Part shown: in pieces, positions 8,182 to 15,868 of the stretch | Position numbering within the stretch: position 1 is the stretch's first letter | How the letters are laid out: every line of letters starts with the position of its first letter | From: Propionibacterium freudenreichii subsp. freudenreichii | GTDB taxonomy: Bacteria; Actinomycetota; Actinomycetes; Propionibacteriales; Propionibacteriaceae | Assembly: GCF_000940845.1 (NCBI RefSeq) | Contig: NZ_CP010341.1 | Location: 1,110,001 to 1,142,000, forward strand | Reading direction: 5' to 3' | Length of the DNA stretch: 32,000 nt | Notes under the pieces: generated by a model | What the model saw: only the letters and a program-made list of their open reading frames with translations | Database searches by the model: none | What the model was told of the DNA's origin: nothing | Position numbers and translations under genes: made by a program

Positions 8182-10763
8182 CTGATGTCTCCTTGTGGTG
8201 GTCGCATGGGGTGCTGCGCTGTGTCCAGTGCGTCGATGGTGCGGGCCAGGGCAGCGACGAACGCGTCGCTGATGTCCGGGTGGCGAACCGCGAGCCGCAA
8301 CCAGCCCGCGCCCAGGCCGGGGAAGCTCTCGCCGCTGCGCACGGTGAAGCCGAGCGTCCGCAATCCCGCACGAAGCCCACCGGGCGGGTGGGCGCGCAGG
8401 TCGACTAGGACGAAGGGGGCCCTGGCCTCCCCGACGGTCTGGATGCCGATCCCGGCCAGGCGGGCCACCAGGTGTCGGCGGTCCTGCGCCGCCTGTCGGG
8501 CATCTGAGGTGGCCTGCTCCACGGCGCGTGGCGTGGAGCATTCGCGGGCGGTGACCAGGGCGGGGGTGGAGATGGGCCAACAGGGCTGTTCGTGCGCCAG
8601 GACGCGAATGAGCGCGGGATCCCCGACCACATATCCGATCCGCAGCCCCGGGACGCTCCAAGTCTTCGTGAACGAGCGGGTGACCAACAGGCCATCCATG
8701 CGTGCCCCGATGAGGCTCTCGGGCTCGCCCGGCACGGCGTCCATGAATGCCTCGTCAACCACCACCACGCGTCCGGGCCGGCACAACGCGCGCAGGCTCG
8801 CCGCCGAATGCAGCACGCCGGTGGGATTGGTCGGATTGCCGATGACCACCATGTCGGCCCTGGGGTCCAGCAGTTCGTGATCGAACTGGAAGCCATCCGA
8901 GGCATGGAGCACCAGGCGGCCGACCGGGCGCCCGGCGTTGCGCAGGGCCACCTCTGGTTCGGTGAACTGGGGATGCACCACGACCGCCCAGCGCGGGGAG
9001 AACCCGTGGGCGATCAGGCTGAACGCCTCCGAGGACCCGGCCGTGAGCAGTACCTGGTCGGGGTTGACGCCATGGCGCAGTGCCACCGCACGGGTCGCTT
9101 CGCGCTGATCGGGGTAGTGGGCCCACTGGTCGCTGGAGGCGACGATGCGCTCCACGAGCCAGGCCGGAGGTCGCACATCGCGCACGTTCACCGCCAAGTC
9201 GACCAGGCCGGGCAGCACATCGCGATCCCCGTGATGGGTGAGGTCGGGCGCTGCGGACAACGCATCTCCCGGCGTCGTGGCGGCAGGCCGGGGGGAGTGA
9301 TGGCCGGTGTGCCCATATTCGCTCGCCGCCCGGGCGAAGCGTTGCGCCAGTACCGGACTCCCTGCCCAGTGCAGGTGCTGGTAGGAGGCGTGGACGCTGG
9401 GCGCGGAACCGGGGGTCGGGGCGACCAGCACCCCCTCGGGTCGGTTGCCCCCCGTCGGGGTCTCCACGTCCCACGCCAACCGTTGGTCGCCCAGCCGTTG
9501 TGGTCCGGGGTCGCGGTCGTAGGGGGGCGTGTCCAGGGTGGTGCGGTGGAACTCATGGGCCCGATAGCGCTCCCCGGCGCGCATCAGGAAGCTGTCGTTG
9601 GCGGCGCGGGCGTGGTGGTAGCCGATGGTCAGGCGCGGCGTCATGGACGAGTCGGCGTCGACCACCCCGGCCATCGCCAGTCCATCCAGGCTGCGGCACA
9701 GGTAGAGCAGCCCCGCACACTCGGCCACCGTCGGCAGGCCCTCGGACACGCGTGAGGCGATTTCAGCGCCCAGGGAGGTGTTGCCGGCGAGCGCCTCGGC
9801 GTGCTCCTCGGGGAAACCACCCCCCAGGTACAGGCCGGACACATCGGCCGGAAGGCCCCGGGCGGTGAGCGGATCGAAGGCCGTCACCCGGCAGCCGGCC
9901 GCCTCCAGCAGTTCTGCGGTTTCGGTGTACCGGAAGGTGAATGCGGGACCCGAGGCCATGGCGATGACCGGACGCCCCGGTACCGGTTCGACCTCTGCGG
10001 CGGGATCCCAGGGATCGACGGCCAGGTCAGGGGCCCCACCGGCGATCGTGGCGATGGCGTCGAGGTCGAGGTGTGCGGCGACGAGCTCACCGGCCTGCTG
10101 CACGATGCCGATCGCGTCACCCTGCTCGTCGGCCGTGACCAGTCCCAGGTGGCGTGAGCCCACGGCCACCCGCGTGCTTTTCGGCAGAGCCCCCAGCACC
10201 GGCAGGCCGACACGTGCGCAGCCCCGGGTGATCTCGTCGACCACGCGGGCACCCATCACCCGATTGAGGATGACGCCGGCCACATGGATGCGGGGATCGT
10301 AGCTGGCCAGGCCATGGCACAGGGCTGCGGCGGTACGGGCACTGTGTGAGCCGTCGACCACGAGCAGCACGGGGGCATCGAGCAGCCTGGCGATATGGGC
10401 CGATGAGCCAAAACCGGCGGGGTCATCGGTGCCGTCGGGCCACGCGCCGAGCTTGCCGTCGAACATGCCCATCACGCCTTCGACGACCGAGATGTCCGCG
10501 GGTTCGGGATGCAGCGCGCCATGGGCGAACAACGGCGCAATGCGCTCGGGCCCGCACAAATAGGGATCCAGGTTGCGGCCGGGGCGACCGCAGGCCAGTG
10601 CGTGATAGCCCGGATCGATGTAGTCGGGGCCCACCTTGAATCCGGCCACGCTGCGCCCCGAGGCCCGCAGGGCCGCCATCAGGCCGATGGCCACGGTGGT
10701 CTTTCCCTGGCTGGACGCGGGGGCCGCGATGAGCACCCGCGGAAGAGCCGTCGCCGTCACCAT
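8178..10763 (-). CDS. cbiA: Fusion protein: cobyrinic acid a,c-diamide synthase (CbiA/CobB) N-terminal half plus L-threonine-O-3-phosphate decarboxylase-type aminotransferase (CobD/CobC) C-terminal half
   Basis: One uninterrupted 861-codon ORF. The N-terminal half has APASSQGKTTVAIGLMAAL and the GATase Cys in VAECAGLLYL. The C-terminal half has HHGD..LVDLAVNV..PPAW, GNPTNPTG and SFTKTWSVPGLRIGY (PLP Lys). The linker is SEYGHTGHHSPRPAATTPGDALSAAPD. Confidence 0.85.
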   Translation of the reverse strand: MVTATALPRVLIAAPASSQGKTTVAIGLMAALRASGRSVAGFKVGPDYIDPGYHALACGRPGRNLDPYLCGPERIAPLFAHGALHPEPADISVVEGVMGMFDGKLGAWPDGTDDPAGFGSSAHIARLLDAPVLLVVDGSHSARTAAALCHGLASYDPRIHVAGVILNRVMGARVVDEITRGCARVGLPVLGALPKSTRVAVGSRHLGLVTADEQGDAIGIVQQAGELVAAHLDLDAIATIAGGAPDLAVDPWDPAAEVEPVPGRPVIAMASGPAFTFRYTETAELLEAAGCRVTAFDPLTARGLPADVSGLYLGGGFPEEHAEALAGNTSLGAEIASRVSEGLPTVAECAGLLYLCRSLDGLAMAGVVDADSSMTPRLTIGYHHARAANDSFLMRAGERYRAHEFHRTTLDTPPYDRDPGPQRLGDQRLAWDVETPTGGNRPEGVLVAPTPGSAPSVHASYQHLHWAGSPVLAQRFARAASEYGHTGHHSPRPAATTPGDALSAAPDLTHHGDRDVLPGLVDLAVNVRDVRPPAWLVERIVASSDQWAHYPDQREATRAVALRHGVNPDQVLLTAGSSEAFSLIAHGFSPRWAVVVHPQFTEPEVALRNAGRPVGRLVLHASDGFQFDHELLDPRADMVVIGNPTNPTGVLHSAASLRALCRPGRVVVVDEAFMDAVPGEPESLIGARMDGLLVTRSFTKTWSVPGLRIGYVVGDPALIRVLAHEQPCWPISTPALVTARECSTPRAVEQATSDARQAAQDRRHLVARLAGIGIQTVGEARAPFVLVDLRAHPPGGLRAGLRTLGFTVRSGESFPGLGAGWLRLAVRHPDISDAFVAALARTIDALDTAQHPMRPPQGDIR

Positions 10764-11359
10764 TCGATACCCGCCTGTCCTCGTTCTCCCTTGCCAAAGG
10801 GATGTTTGACGTTGTCCATGGACGTGACGATGTCGGCGATCCCGATGATTCCGGCGGGGCAGTTGCGTCCGGTGATCACCACATGTTGCGTGCCGGGACG
10901 ATGTGCCAGGTCGTCAGCGACCTCGTCGACATCCAGCCATCCCTTGTTGAGCACATGGGCGAATTCGTCGAGGATGTAGAGCCGGTGGGTCTGTGCGGCG
11001 AGCAGGGTGCGCACGTGGGCCCAGCCCGCGGCCGCCATGGCTGCCTGGTCGGTGCCCTCGGTCGCCCTCAGCCACGACCAGCCGGATCCGAGTGATTGCC
11101 ATTCCACCGGTCCGCCGACTCCGGTCGTCCGATGGGCCTGGTCGAGCTGTGCATAGGCCTGCTGCTCGCCGGTGTGCCAACGTCCCGACTTGATGAACTG
11201 GAAGACCCCGATCGACCAGCCCTGCGCCCAGGCCCGCAGTCCCATGCCGAATGCGGCGGTGGACTTGCCCTTGCCGTTCCCGGTGTTCACGATCAGTCGG
11301 GGGCGGTGGCGCAGTTCGGCGGTGGTCGGCTCGGTGCGCTGCGGCGCGGATCCGCTCAT
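10757..11359 (-). CDS. cobO: Cob(I)yrinic acid a,c-diamide adenosyltransferase
   Basis: LIVNTGNGKGKSTAAFGMGLRA..GVFQFIK and LDEF..VLNKGWL motifs of the CobA/CobO/BtuR family. The ATG overlaps the cobQ stop as ATGA at 11356-11359. Confidence 0.92.
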   Translation of the reverse strand: MSGSAPQRTEPTTAELRHRPRLIVNTGNGKGKSTAAFGMGLRAWAQGWSIGVFQFIKSGRWHTGEQQAYAQLDQAHRTTGVGGPVEWQSLGSGWSWLRATEGTDQAAMAAAGWAHVRTLLAAQTHRLYILDEFAHVLNKGWLDVDEVADDLAHRPGTQHVVITGRNCPAGIIGIADIVTSMDNVKHPFGKGERGQAGIEW

Positions 11360-12801
11360 CGGGCCAGTCCCGTCATGGCGAGCATCGCGTCGACGTCGAC
11401 ATATTCGGCCATGGCCGTCGACAGCGTCCGGATCATCGTGGCGCGCAGCTGCTGGTATCCCGGCCGGGCGTCGTCCGGCTCCCAGGTAGACCCGGTGTTG
11501 CGGGCGACCATGTGCAGGAAACGCCGCCGGAAGCCGTCATTCTCCAGACTGCCGTGCAGCATCGTGCCGAACGAATTCCCGCTGCGGACGCCGTCCAAGA
11601 AGGCCTCGCCGCCGTCCACCTCGAAACGGCCGTGGTGGATCTCATAGCCATCCACGGCGAGTTCATCGAAGTGATACTGCGCGGTGCGAACGACCTTCTC
11701 GGCGTCGAAGCGGAAGCGGGCGGGCAGCACTCCCAGTCCGGGCACTGATCCCGCGCTCGACTCAATATCGTCGTCGATGGTGTTGGCCATCATCTCGAAG
11801 CCGCCACAGATTCCCAGGATCGGCTTGTCCTCGCGGCGACGCTGGACGATCGCCTGCGCGATGCCGCGTTTGCGCAGCCAGTCCAGGTCATCGACGGTCG
11901 CGCGGCTGCCGGGCAGCACCACCAGGTCGGCACGCGCGCAGGTGGCGGGATCGGCGGTCACCTGCACTTCGACGCCGGGCTCGGTCGCCAGGGCGTCAAT
12001 GTCGGTTGAGTTCGAGATCCGGGGCAGCCGCACGGCGGCGACCACCAGCCGGTCCCCGGCGCCGCTCTGGGCGGGCCACCGGTCCACCTGCAGGGCGTCC
12101 TCGCCATCGAACCAGACGTCCTCCAACCAGGGCATCACGCCCAGGTTCGCCAGTCCGGTGCGCGTGGTGATCTCCTGCAGTCCGGGCTCCAGGAGTGCCC
12201 CGTCGCCACGGAACTTGTTGATGATGTAGCCCTTCAGGAGCGCGCGGTCCTCGGCCTCCAGCAGCGCCCACGTGCCGTAGAGGCTGGCCAGGACCCCGCC
12301 ACGATCGATGTCCCCGATGATCACCGTGGGCAGCCCGAAGTGACGGGCCAGGCCCATGTTGACGTAGTCGCCCGCCCGCAGGTTGATCTCCGCCGGCGAG
12401 CCGGCGCCCTCGCAGACGATGAGCTCGTGGCGCGAGGCCAGGTCGGAGTAGGCGTCGTAGGCCGCCTCGGCGAGGTGCTTGCGCCCGGTGGCGTACTCCC
12501 CGGCGTCGAGCTCCCCGTCGGGACGGCCCATCAGCACGATGAAGCTGCGCCGATCCGTGCCCGGCTTGAGGAGCACGGGATTCATGGCGGCCTCGGGGGT
12601 GACGCCGGCGGCGGTCGCCTGCAGGTACTGTGCGCGTCCGATCTCGGCGCCGTCGGGGCAGACCATCGAATTGTTCGACATGTTCTGGGACTTGAACGGC
12701 GCGACATCGATGCCGCGCTGGCGAAGTGCGCCGCACAGGCCCGTGACGAGTGCTGACTTCCCGGCGTCGGAGCTGGTGCCGGTGAGCAGGATTCCGGTCA
12801 T
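11356..12801 (-). CDS. cobQ: Cobyric acid synthase
   Basis: MTGILLTGTSSDAGKSALVTGLC..PFKSQNMSNNS, with the GATase Cys in ILGICGGFEMM. The ATG at 12801 overlaps the cbiB stop as ATGA at 12798-12801. The 91 upstream codons of the track ORF are a shadow. Confidence 0.93.
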   Translation of the reverse strand: MTGILLTGTSSDAGKSALVTGLCGALRQRGIDVAPFKSQNMSNNSMVCPDGAEIGRAQYLQATAAGVTPEAAMNPVLLKPGTDRRSFIVLMGRPDGELDAGEYATGRKHLAEAAYDAYSDLASRHELIVCEGAGSPAEINLRAGDYVNMGLARHFGLPTVIIGDIDRGGVLASLYGTWALLEAEDRALLKGYIINKFRGDGALLEPGLQEITTRTGLANLGVMPWLEDVWFDGEDALQVDRWPAQSGAGDRLVVAAVRLPRISNSTDIDALATEPGVEVQVTADPATCARADLVVLPGSRATVDDLDWLRKRGIAQAIVQRRREDKPILGICGGFEMMANTIDDDIESSAGSVPGLGVLPARFRFDAEKVVRTAQYHFDELAVDGYEIHHGRFEVDGGEAFLDGVRSGNSFGTMLHGSLENDGFRRRFLHMVARNTGSTWEPDDARPGYQQLRATMIRTLSTAMAEYVDVDAMLAMTGLAR

Positions 12802-13829
12802 CGGGATGCCTTTCGTGATGGCGAATGTGTCGGGGCCTTGCGTGCTGACGAATGTGCGCGGATGAGCTGCCCGATTCCCAGGCAGGCCCCGGCCGCCAGG
12901 GCCGTGGCTGCGGCGGTGACCACGCGGACCAGTCGGGCACCGTCGCGCACCTGCCCGGCACGGGGCCGGTGGCCGTTGCCCAGCAGCCCACGGTGCTCGA
13001 CCCTTCCCCCGGGGTAGACATTGCGTCCCCCCAATTGGACGCCGAGTGCGCCGGCCCAGGCGGATTCGCACCATCCGCCATTGGGGCTTGGATGGTTGCG
13101 GGCGTCACGGGCGACGATGCGAGCGGTGGTGACGACCCTCCCGCCCACGGAGGGTGCGCAGATCGCACCCAGGATGCCGGTGAGGCGTGCCGGGATCCAG
13201 TCAAGCCCGTCGTCCAGGCGGGCTGCGCACTTGCCGAAGTGCTCGAAGTGCTCGTTGTGGTGTCCGACCATCGCGTCCAGGGTGTTCGACGCGCGATGGA
13301 TCAGCATGCCGGGAATGCCCGCGACCGATCCCCACCACAGGGATGCCACGCCCGAGTCGGCCGTGTTCTCTGCCAGGGACTCGATGGTTCCGCGGGCCAA
13401 CTCCTGTTCCGGCATGGTGTCGGGGATGCGTCCGCACAGGTGGGGCAACCGGTCCCGGGCGGCGGACAGGTCGTCGCCTTCCAGCTCGTCGGCCATCTGC
13501 TCGCCCTCGGTGGCCAGCGACTGTGAGCCGATCACCAACCATCCTGCGGCCGCCGTTGCTGTCGCATGGGCCAGCGGATGGCGGCGGGTCGCGGCCTCCA
13601 CGGCAACGCCGAGGGTGGCGACCGGCAGGAGGGCCACCACGAGATAGGCCGCGCCCTGACCGACAGAGTCGCGCCACATCTTCTTCTCCAGCCAGCCCGC
13701 CCATGTGCCAAACCAGGCCACGGGATGCCAGGGATTCGCCGGATCGGGGATGAGCCGATCCGCCGTCACAGCACTGATCAGGCCGACGGCACGGCTGCCC
13801 CAGCCGTGGTCGTCCGCGGCTAGGCTCAC
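12798..13829 (-). CDS. cbiB: Adenosylcobinamide-phosphate synthase (CbiB/CobD family membrane protein)
   Basis: AVGLISAVTADRLIPDPANPWHPVAWFG..., GTIESLAENTADS and HPSPNGGWCESAWAGALG are CbiB hallmarks. The start is uncertain, either GTG 13829 or ATG 13871. The upstream 225 codons of track ORF 12798..14504 are antisense to a real plus-strand gene. Confidence 0.88.
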   Translation of the reverse strand: MSLAADDHGWGSRAVGLISAVTADRLIPDPANPWHPVAWFGTWAGWLEKKMWRDSVGQGAAYLVVALLPVATLGVAVEAATRRHPLAHATATAAAGWLVIGSQSLATEGEQMADELEGDDLSAARDRLPHLCGRIPDTMPEQELARGTIESLAENTADSGVASLWWGSVAGIPGMLIHRASNTLDAMVGHHNEHFEHFGKCAARLDDGLDWIPARLTGILGAICAPSVGGRVVTTARIVARDARNHPSPNGGWCESAWAGALGVQLGGRNVYPGGRVEHRGLLGNGHRPRAGQVRDGARLVRVVTAAATALAAGACLGIGQLIRAHSSARKAPTHSPSRKASR

Positions 13830-13832
13830 CGC

Positions 13833-14411
13833 ATGCTTGATCGCGGCATCGATTTCGCCCTGGTGCGCCATGGGGAGTCCACCGGGAACATTGGTGGACG
13901 CGTGCTGGGGCACGAACTGGGTCCCGAGCTCACCACCCTGGGCCGGACGCAGGCCCGCGGCGCGGCCCATGGCCTGACCCGGTGGCATGCCGACATGTTG
14001 TGGAGCAGCGACATGGTTCGCGCCCGAAGCACCGCCCAGGAAATTGCCCAGACCACCCGCCTGCCGCTGAACTGCACGGCCCTGCTGCGTGAGCAGGACC
14101 ACGGCGCGATGGATGGGCTGCCAGTGGGCGATCTTGTGGCGCAGCCGACGCCCGCCGGTCGCGAGATCACCGAGGTCCGGTGGGGTGGCGGGGAGAGCAT
14201 CGCCGATGTCTATGCGCGCCTGCGGCTCTTCGTCATGATGGTGGCGGCGCGTGGTGCCCGGCGCGTGGTCGTCGTCGGACACGGCGACATGGCCTGTGCC
14301 TTCACGTCGATGCTCGCCGGGCTGGGACATCGGGACGTCGCTTGGGACCGCCTTGCCCATGGGCAGGTGCGTTACCTGGGTTGGGACGGCAGGGCGCTGC
14401 TGCCCTCGTGA
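13833..14411 (+). CDS. Histidine-phosphatase (phosphoglycerate-mutase-like) family protein; possible alpha-ribazole-5'-phosphate phosphatase given its cob context
   Basis: The N-terminal catalytic motif FALVRHGESTGN and the second His motif VVVVGHGDMA are both present. The assignment as a CobC-type phosphatase rests on neighbourhood only. Confidence 0.8.
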   Translation: MLDRGIDFALVRHGESTGNIGGRVLGHELGPELTTLGRTQARGAAHGLTRWHADMLWSSDMVRARSTAQEIAQTTRLPLNCTALLREQDHGAMDGLPVGDLVAQPTPAGREITEVRWGGGESIADVYARLRLFVMMVAARGARRVVVVGHGDMACAFTSMLAGLGHRDVAWDRLAHGQVRYLGWDGRALLPS

Positions 14412-14426
14412 GCCTGTGGGCTCGGA

Positions 14427-14482
14427 CAAGAACCTCAAATCCACGGGCCGTCCTTCGCGGTGCACGCGCAGGCAGCTCGTGG
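14427..14482 (-). terminator. Compound hairpin with a U-rich tail on the minus strand; candidate riboswitch expression platform and possibly a bidirectional stop for the convergent phosphatase gene
   Basis: The minus-strand RNA reads CCACGAGCUGCC-UGCGCGUGCACCGCGAA-GGACGGCCCGUGG, followed by AUUUGAGGUUCUUG. The U-rich tail exists only in the minus orientation. Confidence 0.5.
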
Positions 14483-14515
14483 GGCTGACCTTGCGCCGGG
14501 GCAATGTGGGGACAC

Positions 14516-14596
14516 GTCCACAGTCGACCGGACTCGGGGCCGGGCCCCATCACCGTTGCGGGACAGTGCCGGATTCCCACCGGCTTCGCTGCGGAC
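14516..14596 (-). promoter_or_regulatory. Cobalamin (B12) riboswitch-like aptamer
   Basis: The minus-strand RNA reads GUCCGCAG CGAA GCCGG-UGGGAAU-CCGGC A CUGU-CCCGCA-ACGG UGA UGGGGCCCGGCCCC GAGUCCGGUCGA CUGUGGAC. It matches the conserved core GAA.CCGGUG..AAUCCGG..C.GUCCCGC.AC.GU and has a B12-box-like GAGUCCGG. An 8-bp helix GUCCGCAG/CUGUGGAC (one G.U pair) closes it. Confidence 0.7.
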
Positions 14597-14617
14597 GCGC
14601 GCTGGCCGAGGCCAGCA

Positions 14618-14644
14618 CATTGACCCTAGTACACCGGGTCAATG
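14618..14644 (-). other. 9-bp inverted repeat CATTGACCC(N9)GGGTCAATG, 26 nt downstream of the otsA stop; possible otsA terminator or a promoter/operator for the riboswitch leader
   Basis: Read directly from the sequence. A second small hairpin GCTGG-CCGAGG-CCAGC sits at 14601-14616. Neither has a U-tract, and a TAGGGT (TANNNT) hexamer lies inside the repeat on the minus strand. Confidence 0.3.
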
Positions 14645-15860
14645 CCGAGGCGGGCGGTTGTTCTGCGGCTCACACGGGCCGTTCCGTGCCCAGATCGGTC
14701 AGGAAGCTGTTGGCCCACGCGTCGATGTCATGGCGGAAGACTTGCTTGCGCATGGAGCGCATGCGGCGCACATGGTTCGCATGGGTGTCGCCGGCGGCGC
14801 GCAACAGCTGGTTCTTCATGCCGTTGAGGTCGTAGGGATTGACCATGTAGGCCTGTTTCAGCTCCAGTGAGGCGCCCGCGAATTCGCTGAGCACCAGGGC
14901 ACCGGCGTCCGAGTCGTGGGAGGCCACGTACTCCTTCGCCACCAGGTTCATGCCATCGCGCAGCGGGGTCACCACCATCACATCGGCGGCCCGGTACATC
15001 GCGGCCAGGGCCATCTTGGGGTAGCTGGCGTGGCGGTACTCGATGGGGGAGCGCCCGATGCGCCCGACGGACGAGTTGATGCGTCCGACCATCTCATCGA
15101 TGATGCTGCGCAACACCTGGTAGCGCGCCACGCCCTCGCGGGTCGGGGTGGCGATCTGCAGGTAGACATTGCGCATCGGGTCGAGTTGCCCGGAGGTGAA
15201 CAATTCGCCGAAGGCCCGCACGCGATGACGCAGGCCCTTGGTGTAGTCGAGCCGGTCGACGCCCAGGAAGATCTTGTCGGGATTGCCCAGGTCCTCGCGG
15301 AGCTGCTCGGCCTCGGCCCTCGCCTGTGGCGTGCGCGACAGGTCGAGGATCTCCTGCGCGTCAATGGAGATGGGATAGGCACGCGCTAGGATCACTCGGC
15401 CGTCGGGGGAGAAGATGCGGTCGCCCTGGGTGCGCATGCCGGCCAGGCGACGGACCAGGTGCGCGAAATTGCGGGCCGACCCGGGGTCCTGGAAACCGAT
15501 CTGGTCGGAGCCGAGCAGTCCACTGATCACCTGGTAGCGCCATGGCAGTTGCATGAACAGCTCCGAGGGCGGAAAGGGAATGTGCAGGAAGAACCTGATC
15601 TTCAGGTCGGGACGCATTTGACGCAGGAGCGCGGGCACATTCTGCAATTGGTAGTCCTGGACCCACACAGTGGCGCCGGGTGCGGCGACCTCCGCCGCAG
15701 CGGTGGCGAACCGTTGGTTCACCTCCATATAGCTGTCCCACCATTCACGGTGGTATTCAGGGTGCTCGACGCAGTCGTGGTAGAGCGGCCAGAAGGTGGC
15801 GTTCGACATGCCCTCGTAGTACTCATTGAATTCCTGGGCCGACAGGTCCACGGGCATGAT

Positions 15861-15868
15861 GCCATAGC
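15861..15868. repeat. Target-site duplication GCCATAGC (left copy) of the IS in otsA
   Basis: Identical 8-mer at 17308..17315, directly abutting the other IS end. Confidence 0.9.

Noticed and set aside
7510-8661. A 383-aa ORF implying a long N-terminal extension of CobU.
   Set aside because: The extra 160 codons overlap the well-supported C-terminus of the cbiA::cobD ORF in another frame and are Arg/Pro/Gly-rich. The ATG at 8181 forms a classic ATGA overlap and gives a CobU of normal size.
11356-13074. A 572-aa ORF implying an extended CobQ.
   Set aside because: The 91 upstream codons overlap the cbiB 3' end. MTGILLTGTSSDAGKS at 12801 is the canonical CobQ N-terminus and forms an ATGA overlap.
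12798-14504. A 568-aa ORF suggesting a very long CbiB starting near 14504, just downstream of the riboswitch-like element.
   Set aside because: The first 225 codons have no recognisable domain, are rich in R/G/P/H, and are exactly antisense to a plus-strand ORF with both catalytic motifs of the histidine-phosphatase family (RHGES, GHG). CbiB homology begins only at ..AVGLISAVTADRLIPDP. The extension is a high-GC shadow.
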